From contig CDMY01000487.1 of the NCBI GenBank assembly GCA_001179505.1, positions 3,514-67,513 on the forward strand: a DNA stretch of 64,000 nt, in the 5' to 3' direction. The position numbers and the translations under genes were made by a program. Shown here in pieces: positions 49,536-61,367 of this stretch. A model generated the notes under the pieces. The model was not told the origin of the DNA, made no database searches, and saw only the letters and a program-made list of their open reading frames with translations. Source of the DNA: Vitrella brassicaformis CCMP3155 (lineage: Eukaryota > Protista > Chromerida). Within the stretch, counting starts at the first letter, position 1. Each line of letters begins with the position of its first letter.

Positions 49536-50559
49536 CTAGGCCCCACAGCGAGTGATAACCACGGGCGTATTGGAAGAAGTCACCGGCTGGTTGTTCAGCA
49601 CCGCCGGCCTGTCCTGCCCTCCATACGAAGAGGACACCATCGTGGTGTCCGATTCGCCATTAGTCGCGGTCTCCTGGTCGGTCGTGACCGGCTGCTCCAT
49701 GGGCGCCGGAGGGGCGGTGGGGGCCGTGGTGGTGAGGACGGCACTCGACGCCTCGCCACCCTCTTGATCGTCTGCGTTGCCGCCATCCTCTTCTCCTCCA
49801 CTGAGGTCGCTTTCCATTAGCCCCCTCATGCGCAAGTACAAGGCCGCAGACTCCTCCTCGTCGAAGTGGAGGGTGATGGCGAATTGCGGGATCTTCCAGG
49901 TCGTGTACCTGCAGAGGAGAAGCAGACCCGGCCAACAGAGAGAAGCTGGATGCCAATCAAGCACGCCGTGTTCAAGGAGACTCGATGTACCTGCCGCTGA
50001 TGGACTTGCGGGCGGCGTCGAAGGTACCCGTCACGTCCACTCGGCGCTCCCCCCACGTGCCCTCGCTTCTCTTTTCCCACGACACCATCCCAGTAGTCAT
50101 GTTGTAGAAGCCTTTAACCTTGAACTCGCCGTCTGCGTCGGCGCCCGCGCCGGTCACAGTGCCGTCATGCTCGAATATGAGCAGACATTTGGTCGGGAGG
50201 GTCACTTTGGTGCCAGATATTCGGTTCACGTAGGTGCCGCGCCACATGCCAGACGAAGGGGGCGAGGCGGTCGGTGTCGGCTGGATACGCCTCTCTCGGC
50301 TGTGGCCCAGCCAAATGCTCCTGCACTTGTAACCGATGATGACGACGATGAGGATGCCGAAAATGATGCCCATAACGTAGAGCATCACTATCAGCGCGTC
50401 AGCAGACCCATAGCCGCCACCTCCCCTGAACCGGATTCGCCTCAGTCGGCGGCCCTCGTCCGCATCAGCAAGAGTCAGCACGGCCGAGAAGAGCACCACA
50501 GCGGCCAGAAGCACAGACGATAGACGACGGGTACGGGAAGAGAAAAGCGATTTCGCCAT
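49536..50559 (-). CDS. Hypothetical type I membrane protein with a beta-rich cytosolic domain
   Basis: Signal peptide, TM segment LIVMLYVMGIIFGILIVVIIGY, then WRGTY...GTVTGAGADADGEFKVKGFY...SWEKR. One intron (~49910-49995). Confidence 0.7.
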
Positions 50560-50884
50560 TTCTGGGATCTTGGACAGATTCCTTCAGAGGTGATGCAGAT
50601 GAGCTTCTTGGAGCTGCAGCCGCCCACGACAGCTGGGGAGGGGAGGGAGAGAGAGGGGAGAGAAGAGAAGAGAAAAGAGATGATGAAGATGCACATGTGA
50701 CTCTGAGCTCGCAAATCACGATGTGAGGAGAATTTCTCCTCACGTTGCCTGTGGTGGGCTACGCAAGCGCCACCATCACGCCCACCTCATCGCGAGCTCC
50801 CCACCGATGTGCGGGTCGCCTCACCTCTCTCACAAACGAACAATGCAGCCGTTCTATGCCGGCCGCGCTGGACCTGAGTTGCCC

Positions 50885-52044
50885 ATGCAACAGGAATCAG
50901 CAGTCCATGTGCGCCCAATCGTCCTCTTTCTCTTGCTGCTCGCATGCGCCACCCGCTTCTGCCCCTTCTCAACCGAGCCGAACCACCTGAATACACCCGT
51001 GTGCCAATTCGCCATTGCCGAGCATCACGTGCACGACATCTTCCAGCAGCTCAAGAGCTCAGCGCTATTCCGCGCCGGCTGTCCCGCCCTTCCTGCCGAA
51101 CGCTACGTCAACGACAACTCCCATGCACACAACACGCCCACCAGCCCATCCCTCGGCCCAGCTACAACCTCGTGCCGATTATCCCGTCCTTTGAGTGCGC
51201 CGTCGAGTAATCTTCGCGCCTTGTGCGCTGGCGGGTACTCTTTCCGGGGCATCACCGCTGCNNNNNNNNNNNNNNNNNNNNNNNNNNNNNNNNNNNNNNN
51301 NNNNNNNNNNNNNNNNNNNNNNNNNNNNNNNNNNNNNNNNNNNNNNNNNNNNNNNNNNNNNNNNNNNNNNNNNNNNNNNNNNNNNNNNNNNNNNNNNNNN
51401 NNNNNNNNNNNNNNNNNNNNNNNNNNNNNNNNNNNNNNNNNNNNNNNNNNNNNNNNNNNNNNNNNNNNNNNNNNNNNNNNNNNNNNNNNNNNNNNNNNNN
51501 NNNNNNNNNNNNNNNNNNNNNNNNNNNNNNNNNNNNNNNNNNNNNNNNNNNNNNNNNNNNNTCCCACCAGCCCACGAGCTCAGCGCTATTCCGTGCCAAC
51601 TATCCCGCCCTTTGTGCGTCGTCGTTTGACCCTCTGGCTGACGGCCACTTCCCCAGGGGCCTCATTTCCGCACCCACCATTGCCGAGCATCACGTGCACG
51701 ACATCTCCCACCAGCCCACGAGCTCAGCGCTACTCCGTGCCAACTATCCCGCCCTTTGTGCGTCGTCGTTTGACCCTCTGGCTGACGGCCACTTCTCCAG
51801 GGGCCTCATTTCCGCACCCACCATTGCCGAGCATCACGTGCACGACATCTCCCACCAGCCCACGAGCTCAGCGCTATTCCGTGCCAACTATCCCGCCCTT
51901 TGTGCGTCGTCGTTTGACCCTCTGGCTGACGGCCACTTCCCCAGGGGCATCACTTATGTGCACTCTACATGTCAAGGGTTGATGATCTATGACGGACTCG
52001 GTGGGTGGTCGGGCAGAGGGTTACATTCGGCATGCTTGCAGTGA
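50885..52044 (+). CDS. Putative secreted protein with 48-aa tandem repeats, spanning a gap
   Basis: Hydrophobic IVLFLLLLACAT, then a diverged unit IAEHHVHDIFQQLKSSALFRA before the gap and near-identical units after it. Confidence 0.4.
51262..51561. other. Assembly gap (300 N)
   Basis: N run adjacent to a tandem repeat. Confidence 0.99.
51562..51950 (+). repeat. 144-bp tandem repeat (about 2.7 copies visible)
   Basis: ATTGCCGAGCATCACGTGCACGACATCTCCCACCAG starts at 51679 and 51823, 144 bp apart. Confidence 0.92.
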
Positions 52045-52887
52045 TTGAATGGAAGGGACAGCTAGCTAGTTTTTAGTTTGCACTCTTGATGGACTCCTCG
52101 TGCTGACGCGCTTTCCGTTTCTTTCTGACGATGTCCCTTTCGCGGCACTGCCTTGATGCTCTCCTCAATACTCTCCTCCACGTTTTTACCCCACTCGTCG
52201 TGCGGGAAGGGCAACACATCACGGTTAATGGCCTTGCTATGATACACGGGATGGATGACTACGGCGGCAGAACCGTGGTAGAGAATGAACACGAAGAACG
52301 GAAGGGGAGTCTTGTTCGTCCACGCCATTCTTTTCTGCTCTTGGCTATTTCGATTTGAAAGAAGGGCGATCACTCGAGATCATAGCCGTAAATTCTCTGA
52401 TGACGGTCCCCCAATGGGGGTCCGAATTTGTGCGATCATTGCGTTAAACAATGACCATCAGACGATGAAATATTGAAAGTTGACCTCAGGGGTATCATGT
52501 CCGCAGCGCAAATCATTACAATAATAAAGCCTAGACTCTATAATTGCCTCTCTAACATAACAATTCATGCATTTCCAGTCGCTTCATGATTACAGATTGT
52601 CTCAAGGTTAGTCCAGGCTGTGTAGAACAGAAATCCACGAAAGGAAAAAACAGACACTCTCCCGATGTGCATGGTTTACATGTGGAAAAAATACCCCACA
52701 ACAAGACTCACATCTCATGGACGCGAACGCTCCTGTTCATTCTCATCCACCTCCCTCTCGCCCTCGCCCGAAAGGAAGGCCGTCACCAGCCTCTCCACGT
52801 CGACACCACTTCCTGAATGCCCATCCTCTAACTCACGCCTCTGCACAGACAGAAGCGATGTGTAAATCTGAGCAAATACTGATGCAA

Positions 52888-55800
52888 CTATCCCGCGCGT
52901 ACCGTGTGTGGCTTAGGGTGTCTCATCCTCTCTTTGGCCTTCTGGAAAGTCCGATATAGCTCACGCCAGCCGCCAGCTTCCTCAAGGGCCTCAGGAGTGT
53001 CGGTTTTGTCGATGATCGACTGTACAAAGCTTGTGTTTTCACTATGCAAAGGGCCTGCAAGACAGCGGGACACACGTGCGCAATGTTTGATTGTTGTCAG
53101 CACCGTCCCACCGGCAACATTGCGGCCCGACGGGCTTCTAATGTACTGTCTCGTCCGTGCTCTGCGGCGAATGTTTTCCTCGTACTCGTGCTGGAAGGCG
53201 ACCAACTTGTCGACGACAAGTAAAAGCCTCGACTGTGAATGCAGAGATACGGATGTGTGGACAAGAGAAGAGGCGTGCGTCTATCGTCTCTTCACCTGTA
53301 GGTCGTGCAGTGTCATACCGCTCTTTGCACAGTCCGTCGCAAATCTGCTTGCAGACACAGGCCACACTTACCGAATGCATGCTGCCTTTTTGTGCCCACC
53401 TTTCAGAAGCGATGAATGATGCCTCAGATGGGGTAAAGCCCCTCAACCACACAGACTCTTTCGTTTCCCATATACTTTGGTGACTCAACCGACTTTGCGA
53501 ATGAACAACTGCAAACTCCCGACTGTCACCTACACGCGCACACACATGCACGGACGTAGGAAGGAAGCCAAAAGAAGAGGAGAGGAGAATTGATAGTTGT
53601 TGCGATGTACTTTGCTCAACTGACTGACCTTCACACGGCCGATCGTGAGCGATGCTTGATTCTTTTTGAAGCTGGCTCTGCAAAGCAAAGCGGCCAAGAC
53701 AGAGCACTATTCTCACTACTTCTTATGCTGTGTGTCTTACTTTCTTCTTGAAGGAGGGCGAGTGCAGAACAAAGCTATATGACCAGAGGAAGGCGAGAAA
53801 GTCCGGCGGCACCTGGCAAAAATACAAAAACAGAGACGCCATCAATCGGGATACACTGTTTGGAGTTTGACTGACCTCTTTGATATGCAGCAGATCGACG
53901 GCTTCCTGCATGGCCGCACTCAGCATCCGCATCACCAACTCGCCCTTTCGCGCAATCCGCCGCTCTTTGCTATCCCCGCTTGGACACAGCGCCTTCACGA
54001 AAGACACGATACCACAGAATTGGTCACGCCGCCTCCCGCAGTGCCTGGCAACTTCAGCAGATGAAAGTGTGGTGTGCGAGATGTTGTCGCTTGTATCCTC
54101 TTCCATCAGTGAGAGGTTGCCGCTCTGCCAGTCCAACGACACTCTGCCGAACATCATGCGTCGACGCTCGTCCCGACGTGCGTGCCAGGCGAGGAGGTGG
54201 GACAGCCATGTGACGGGGGGCAGGGTAGAGAGCACAGAGCTCTCTCGTAGAGAGAGCAAGGAAGTAAGCGTGGTCAGCCCTGCACACAGGGAGAGATATA
54301 GAGATTGAACATGCAGAATTGTGTACTCGAGACGCCTCTCTTACCAAATGTTAGGCGAGGTGACGACAGTCTCTCTGTTCGGCCGTCTCTTTCGGCTAGT
54401 TGCGTGAGGCCGTGGTAGCATATGAGCCACAGGAGGCTCAGGTAGTGATACATGTTCAGGAGCATCGCCAGGAACAACAAAGTGACCCTTCCATAGTCCG
54501 CAGCCTCGCTCTGGATGATCACAGACAGAAGCATGATGGATGTGGTCCAAATGATCAGCCCCTGAGACTCCATGCGGTTCAAGAGGTTCATGTGTCGGTG
54601 ATCAAACGGCTGCACAAGCAGGTGAATGGCCGTGGATCCAATTGCGATGATAACCCAGCCAACAAGTTGAAGGCCTGGAACACCGACGGCCATGTGAGAG
54701 ACCAAAAGGACCAACACGCGCCTGGTTGCAGAAGGAACCTAGCAAAAGTGAGGAGCAAAGGCAATCTGCGTGCAAGGGGCACCTCAGAGCAAAGACGGCG
54801 TCCTGCACATACAAGGGCAGAGGAGAGAACAATAGGCGGTTCGCTCAGTGAGAGAAGTGTATCACGTATGAGCCGATGTATATGCGGGCTCACCCAGTGT
54901 GCGTATGGCCGCTTGTATCCCTAGAACCACCAATATATACATAGATGCACATCATCCGCTCCATCCAACCTCTTACCCGGTAGAGGAAACCAAACCTCTG
55001 AGACACATCGGCATGACAGAAGAATCAAAAAGAGTTTAAACTCTTCTTCGTTGCTCGTTTGTGGTCGGTCGTATACCAAGCGCATCTCGGGCCTATGCAG
55101 CTTCTCGCGAAGAGACCGGAGCAGCACAACACCAACAATCACGGGCAAAAAGCTCCACAGCGCCAAGCCAGCCATGCCGATGAAACGAAACATCTCGTGG
55201 GGCCACTCGTGGCACAACAGATCAGGATTCACATCTGGCCGTGACCGCTCTGTGAGGTGATCATCTTCATCCAGGTACGGGTACGCTCGGCATCGCAGCA
55301 GCATCAGCATGTTTCTTGTTACCGTGGGATGCGTGAATGTTAGTGTGACAATGAAGAGCTCCGCTTGGTCATCTACGGCTTTTTTGGCTTTCGCGCACCA
55401 GTCACTGGCAGATCCCGTCCAAATGTGAATCGTATCATCCCGCACTGGCACCGGTGGCTGCCGAGTGAAACGACGGCGACAGCAACGCATGATGCATCTG
55501 CCGCACCACGAAAACAGCGCGCCGATGATGGGCATGACGATGAGACATAGTAGAGGTATGACGATCCACACAGCATGTCTCCACAGCACTGCAGTACCGC
55601 TTGCCTCAGGACATATCAGCTGTATAATGCAGTCCCACGAGGCGTATGCAAATGGTAGACCTCCGTCCCAGGAAAATAGGCGCGATGAATAGGTCATCCA
55701 GGATGAGAATCGGTCATCGTCGTAAGCCATAGACAAGACCAGCATGGCCAATACGCTTATCTGCCAAGAGGAAGGATATATGCATACTGCGATCAGACTG

Positions 55801-58800
55801 GCGATGCATGTACCGATGTGAGATGGTTGAGTGCCACTTTGAAGAGAACTGGAATCACGTCGTCGCGAGGCCTACTTCCAATCCTGCGCACGGAAAAACA
55901 ACATCTCTTGTACAGCTGCGTGCGTCCTGTTGTGACCATACCTTTGTACAAGGTATGTCAAGCTAAAGATAATAGCAAGGGACACACAAACAAGTCCGAG
56001 AGCCGCAAGAATGTTCACGTTTAGTGCGAAACACTGAAGGCAGGGCTGTAGTGGTCCTTGGCTCGCATAGCCATTCTTGCAGACGCCACATATGAAGCCC
56101 TGATGGCCTTCCTGTACTCGCACACATACACACGCAGAGAGAGAGAGAGAGAGAGAGCAGCTGACGATCTTTCCGTTCCTGAATGCGATTTGACGATTAC
56201 CGCGCACTGAGTGAGTCCCGTGTTGTCATCTGTGCCAAGGCATGCCTTCTTGAAGGGGCAGGAAATCACCACAGGCAGGCGCGTCAGTCCGGCAGCATAC
56301 CTGTACATAGAAGTGGGCGCTTTCATACACATTTCCCTATAAACACTGGTCTCACGTGGTTGTTTCTGTCCCATTGTTGATTAAATCTCGCGTTACTGTT
56401 AGCTGGTAGTAGTCTTTGAGCAGACGCACCATTGTTCTGTTAACAATGGGCTTGTCACATTTGATGCCCTCAATGCACTCCACACATACACGCTTCTGGC
56501 TGTCCCTGCGGAAGAGACGCAGACAGTAACTGAAAGATAGACGTCAATCCCTGCAATGTGCCAACCTGATGTATCCCTTTCGACAGAAGCATGCCTCTGG
56601 GCCTCTGCTGCCCTCAGCCGATAAGAAGTCCTCTCCACATGAATGGCACTCTCCCTCAAGCTCTTTCGACAAGACGCCATAAGAACCTACAGTGGAATGT
56701 AAGTATCGTTCTTGTTATGCTCTTGTCTTGTCGTGTTTTAGGTTATGAGCAAACTACCTGAAGTACACGGCTGACATATTTCGGACTTATTAATAAAGTA
56801 GCCAGCTACACACTTTGGCTTGCAAGTGCCGGAGCTGCTTTTGAAGTAGCCATCAACACACTCACACGAACTAGCACCGGCTTCAGACACTGAAAGAATG
56901 ACAGAAGGAAAGGGCGTTACCGCACATTTTCCCCCGGAAGTTCTTGCATGTTTTGTTGTCTCACTAGATCCAACGGGGCAGAGATGACATCGAGAGGTGC
57001 CGACGTTGTGATTGGAGAATGATCCTGTCTCACAAATAGTGCAGCCTTGCCCTTCGCCAGCGTACCCAGGAATGCAGCGACACAGAGCCGATAGGTTCAC
57101 TGAAACATCCACCTTCACACGAGGACATGAATCGGCATCCATATGTGGGTGACTGACAGCGTGTTGTCTCTATAGTCACTCACCTGTATGTCATTCATTG
57201 TGCGACACACGCTCGAACACTGATACCCTTCGCCTATCAGACGCACAGTAGAGTTATTACAACGATACACAAGCTGCTCACTTCCAGCTTGCTTACGTGT
57301 TGGGTCGTCCCAATGAGGGTCACGGACCAGGTGAAAATTGTACTTCAATTCATCCTCAAAATTGAACAGTTCAGAGCATCCCTGAACGATAGCAGGGGAA
57401 CTTGCCCGTTGAAAGTACTTGTCATGCTGCCTCACTCACCTTGATTTCGACCGTATGAATGAATAGCCTTAAATCAGGATTCGACGTTAAGTCCACTTTT
57501 TTGGGCCAACGATGCCAAAAACGGGACAGCTCAAACTTCTCTAGCTTGTTGTCGGACAAGTTGAGTTTAGCAGCGAGCACGGGGCGGGGCATATCGACTC
57601 TCGGAGTTCTCGGAGCTACCCAATTATCGAGTATCGACACCATCGTGATATTGTTGACAGAAAGATCCAGAAGGCCTTCGGATGAGAGAGCCTTTAAGCT
57701 GTCTCTTGAGCGAACACTATACTGCTTCTGCAGGCATCAAGAATACCGAGAGTTGGCGCAGGTAAAGTAATAGAGGCATCACCGTGTTGTACCTCGCAAG
57801 GCCTGGCAATCCACTCTTGCAGTTCCTCTATGTCAAAATAGCATAGAGCGTCGGAAGTTATTGCTCCAGATAAGTGACAGTCTACGCAGCGGAGATATAT
57901 AAGGCTGAACACAACACAAGCACACTTAATTTATTTGTATGTTATGCGTCTCTTGCTGACCTTGGCAGCGCTCGAAATGCCTGTAGGAAGTCAACAACGT
58001 CGATCCCCAAAGGGTTGTCCGAGAAATCTAGCCTTCTCACAGCAGGCCCTGAAGAAGGCACATAGATGCGCTCATCTAGTCCTACGCACATGTCCATCAT
58101 ACAATTGGGAGGTGGCACCACTGGTAGCAACTCGTCAGCTTCAGAGAGCGTCGCTAGAAGGACAGAACAAGAGAATACGGGCAATATGCCTATCCACTTT
58201 GCCTACATATAGAGTCAGCATAGCTGACACAGTATCCCTTTGGCGTCTGAAACCACCCTGGCCAGCCATGCGAATCAATATTGTTGTTCCTCAAATCTAT
58301 TTCCTTAACGGCAGGCAGGCGAGACCATGTGGACGGAATGAAACGGAGAGCACTGTTGCTAAGATAAAGGTACTCTAGTCTGAGGTGGAAAGAAAAAACG
58401 ACAACTATGAGATAGAATCGCTTTGTGTCTTACGTCTCGGGAAGGGATGCGTTGCCATGAAAACCCTCAATGCGATTTTTTGAAAGATCTAGCTTCTTAA
58501 GCGAGTGAAGGGATTGTAGAGGTGGCAATACGCCGCTGAGGGAGTTACTGCTGAAAACGAGTTCCTCTAGCTTAGCCCATTTCTCAAGCGAGGCCGGAAG
58601 AGCTGTCAGCCTGCATTCAATAAGAATCAGAGCACAGGAGCGGTATACACGTTGGTTGACAGCAAGACTATTACTTGTTGTGGTCCGCGATAAACTCTTT
58701 CAGTTCTGTGCATTCCCCCAGCCCGTCAGGCACGGGGCCCTCAAACTGTACACAGCGGCAGACAAAAGAGGAGAGACATTTGTCGGCAACACATGAGAGA

Positions 58801-60528
58801 CATCCGCCTGTGTCTCTCGATTTCGTGTCGGACCATATTATCGCTCAAACGCAATATCTCCAGCTTTCGGAGTGGCCCAAGGGCGTCCAAAGTCCCTGAT
58901 AACCCGCTCTGCCAAAATTCCAGCTCCTTCAACTCCGACAAGTTGGCCCACTGCTCAGGAATGGTGCCATTGAGGTTGTTGCGGCTTACGTCCAGGTACT
59001 CAAGCTTGGTCAACGAGCCCCACTCTGGAGGTAAAGGGCCATGAAAACCTTCATTTATGCGCTGGTAGGAGAGGCGGATGTGACGTATGTTTGTCGTCTT
59101 GCTGAGTTCTGTGGGAAGATGACCTGACAGCTGCAATCAGAATAATTCATCGCTTCCTTACTTACGCCCCAGTGTCTCTCTGATTTCCATATCTCCTGAC
59201 CTACCTGATTTCGTTGCAGTTCCAGCTCTTCAAGATGCGGCCACGTCGATCCGAAACCATCAGGCAGACTGCCTTTCAGACGATTGCGGGACAGCGAGAG
59301 GTGTCTCAATTTAGTCAGATTCATGAGAGACGGCGGCATTGGTCCAGATAAGTCGTTATCTGAAGTCCCCACACACACACATGAAAGGAGTCAGTGCCCT
59401 CACACATAAGACACTCACGTACATGACAAATCGAGGGTCTCGAGATTCGCCATGCCTCCTATCCACTCCGGTATCTGGCCATTCAGGTCAACCCGCTGCA
59501 GCACGAGCGTTGTCAGGTTGGGGCCGAGGTGGGGGCTGCTTGGAAGGCGCAGACCAGGCAGAATCAGAGTCAGATGCTTGAGTCGTGCCAGATTGGCGAT
59601 CTGGTCTAACGAGCCTTCGAGCCAGCGAGCCTCGACAATTGAGAGCACTTCGAGGGAGTTTAGCCGCCATGGCGGCAGCGGCCCAGAAAGGCCAGGCCCT
59701 GTTCGCTTGGAGCCTTGAATTTCTAGCGCCACAAGGGATGTGAGCCTCCCGAGTGAAGCGGGCAGGCTCCCACCCATGCTCACCTAAGAGACACAACCAA
59801 CGCACCTAAGCGGTTTCTTCTCACTTCTTCTCTTGCTCCCACCTTTCTCAAGGTCAGCAGCCGGAGGGATGTCAAATTGCCGATTTCCTCCGTCAGCTGG
59901 CCCTCTGCATGCACACATATAGTTGTGCTCTTGTCTGCATGTAAGTACATTCATACGTACCGAGGGGCACAGACGTAATCCACAAACCCAAGACGGCCTT
60001 CAGCTCATAGGTCTCAGCGGGAAAAGGCACCCTCTTCCCTCTCTTCCTAAGTGCCGCTGCCCATGTGTTCACCTGACCCCCCCGGTGATCACCCCAAAGC
60101 AGCAAGAGATATCCCTCAACACCATCAGGTAATCGAATGCACACGATGAATGACACGGAACAGAAGTCAGTCGCGAAGTCTGTCGCCTCGGACTCATTCA
60201 TCAGGCCAATCTTCACCGTCAGCCTGCTGAGCGCATCAGCATCGGCAGAGCAAGACGGCCCACACTCCACGCTTGAGAGCTCGTCCACCTGGTCCAGTGG
60301 CAGGATGAGCGACTGGGGAGATGAGACGCCCATGGGGGTAACGGTTGGCCGAAAGACCACAGAGGTGGAGAGTAGCTCCCACTTTGTGCAGTCGGTCCAC
60401 GTACAGCTGCCATTGTAGCCGGCGTCATCTTGCAAACGTCGGGTTCGCTCCACAAGGTGGGTTGAAGGGACTGTTTGAACGTGGAGCAGAGCGACAAGAA
60501 GCTGCAGAAGCGCGAAAGGACAGCGCAT
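52888..60528 (-). CDS. Large receptor-like protein: signal peptide, many plant-type LRRs, EGF/TNFR-like Cys-rich repeats, multi-pass TM domain, cytosolic tail
   Basis: LRRs such as LETLDLSDNDLSGPMPPSL and LEYLDVSRNNLNGTIP. Cys-rich CRCIPGYAGEGQGCTICETGSF and CAEGHQGFICGVCKNGY. TM region with RFGFLYRGY, LLVQPF and NLLNRME. Exons checked at 58200-58700 are open with GT-AG introns. Confidence 0.82.
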
Positions 60529-60924
60529 CTTCGCATTTCCTTCACTCGGCTGACGCCCTCCGTCTGCTCCCTTTCGTCATGTGATGGCCCGTCGAGCACG
60601 TTGGTCTCCCCGCCTGGAAGTGGCAAGGGGTCTGCCGTCCTTCCGCCGTAGCTCGCGCTGGCCCCCTGGCCCCCAGTTCTTCATCGTTCTTACGGTTTTC
60701 AGCAAATCCTCTCCCGCTTTTTCCCTGCCCTGCGCTCTCTCTCATGCAGAGCCTTTACCAGCAGCCAGGGTCCCCGACGCCTCTAATGGATGTGCATGTT
60801 CCAGCTGCGTGAACTCAAGACCAAGCCATGCCAGGCACACTTCAGGACTCCTAATGGCGCATGCCCGCATGGCAACGAGTGCCGATTCTCAGTTCGTCAC
60901 GTCAAACGCACAGCTGGCGGCACT

Positions 60925-61082
60925 TGTCACTCACCCGTCTCGCTGTGTCTGTCTTTGTGATATGTGTGTGTGGAATGCTGCAGCACAACCGAATGTGGAT
61001 TCGTCGCTCCCCGTTCAAATTCGTGGTTGACCCTCAGGGCCTTCCCCGTTCGGCCAAGTTGGCATTCCTGACACCCCCTCTC
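60925..61082 (-). mobile_element. Candidate polypurine tract and 3' LTR of the Copia element
   Basis: Minus strand reads TTGAGAGGGGG|TGTCAGG (PPT 61082-61074, LTR start 61073). A matching TGACA lies at 60929-60925. The LTR end is tentative because the 5' LTR is outside the window. Confidence 0.5.
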
Positions 61083-61367
61083 AAGACGAACCATCACGGC
61101 ATGTGCTTAAGAAAAGAAAATCACGAAGAAAGCACAAAGGTATCCAGAAAATAACCATTAGGTAGGTGAAGCACACACACAGTGGACAAGTGCACAGATC
61201 AGCATAAGCACAAGCATGAATGGTGTGGTGTGTGCATAGATAAAACAATCACAGCATATCACAACATATCCACAATGCCCTTCCTTTTCAAGTGACCACA
61301 ACACACCAAGTAAATACACAGATGCAGACTCATTCATCCCTTGTTGCCCCTCCACGCTTCAACAAAC

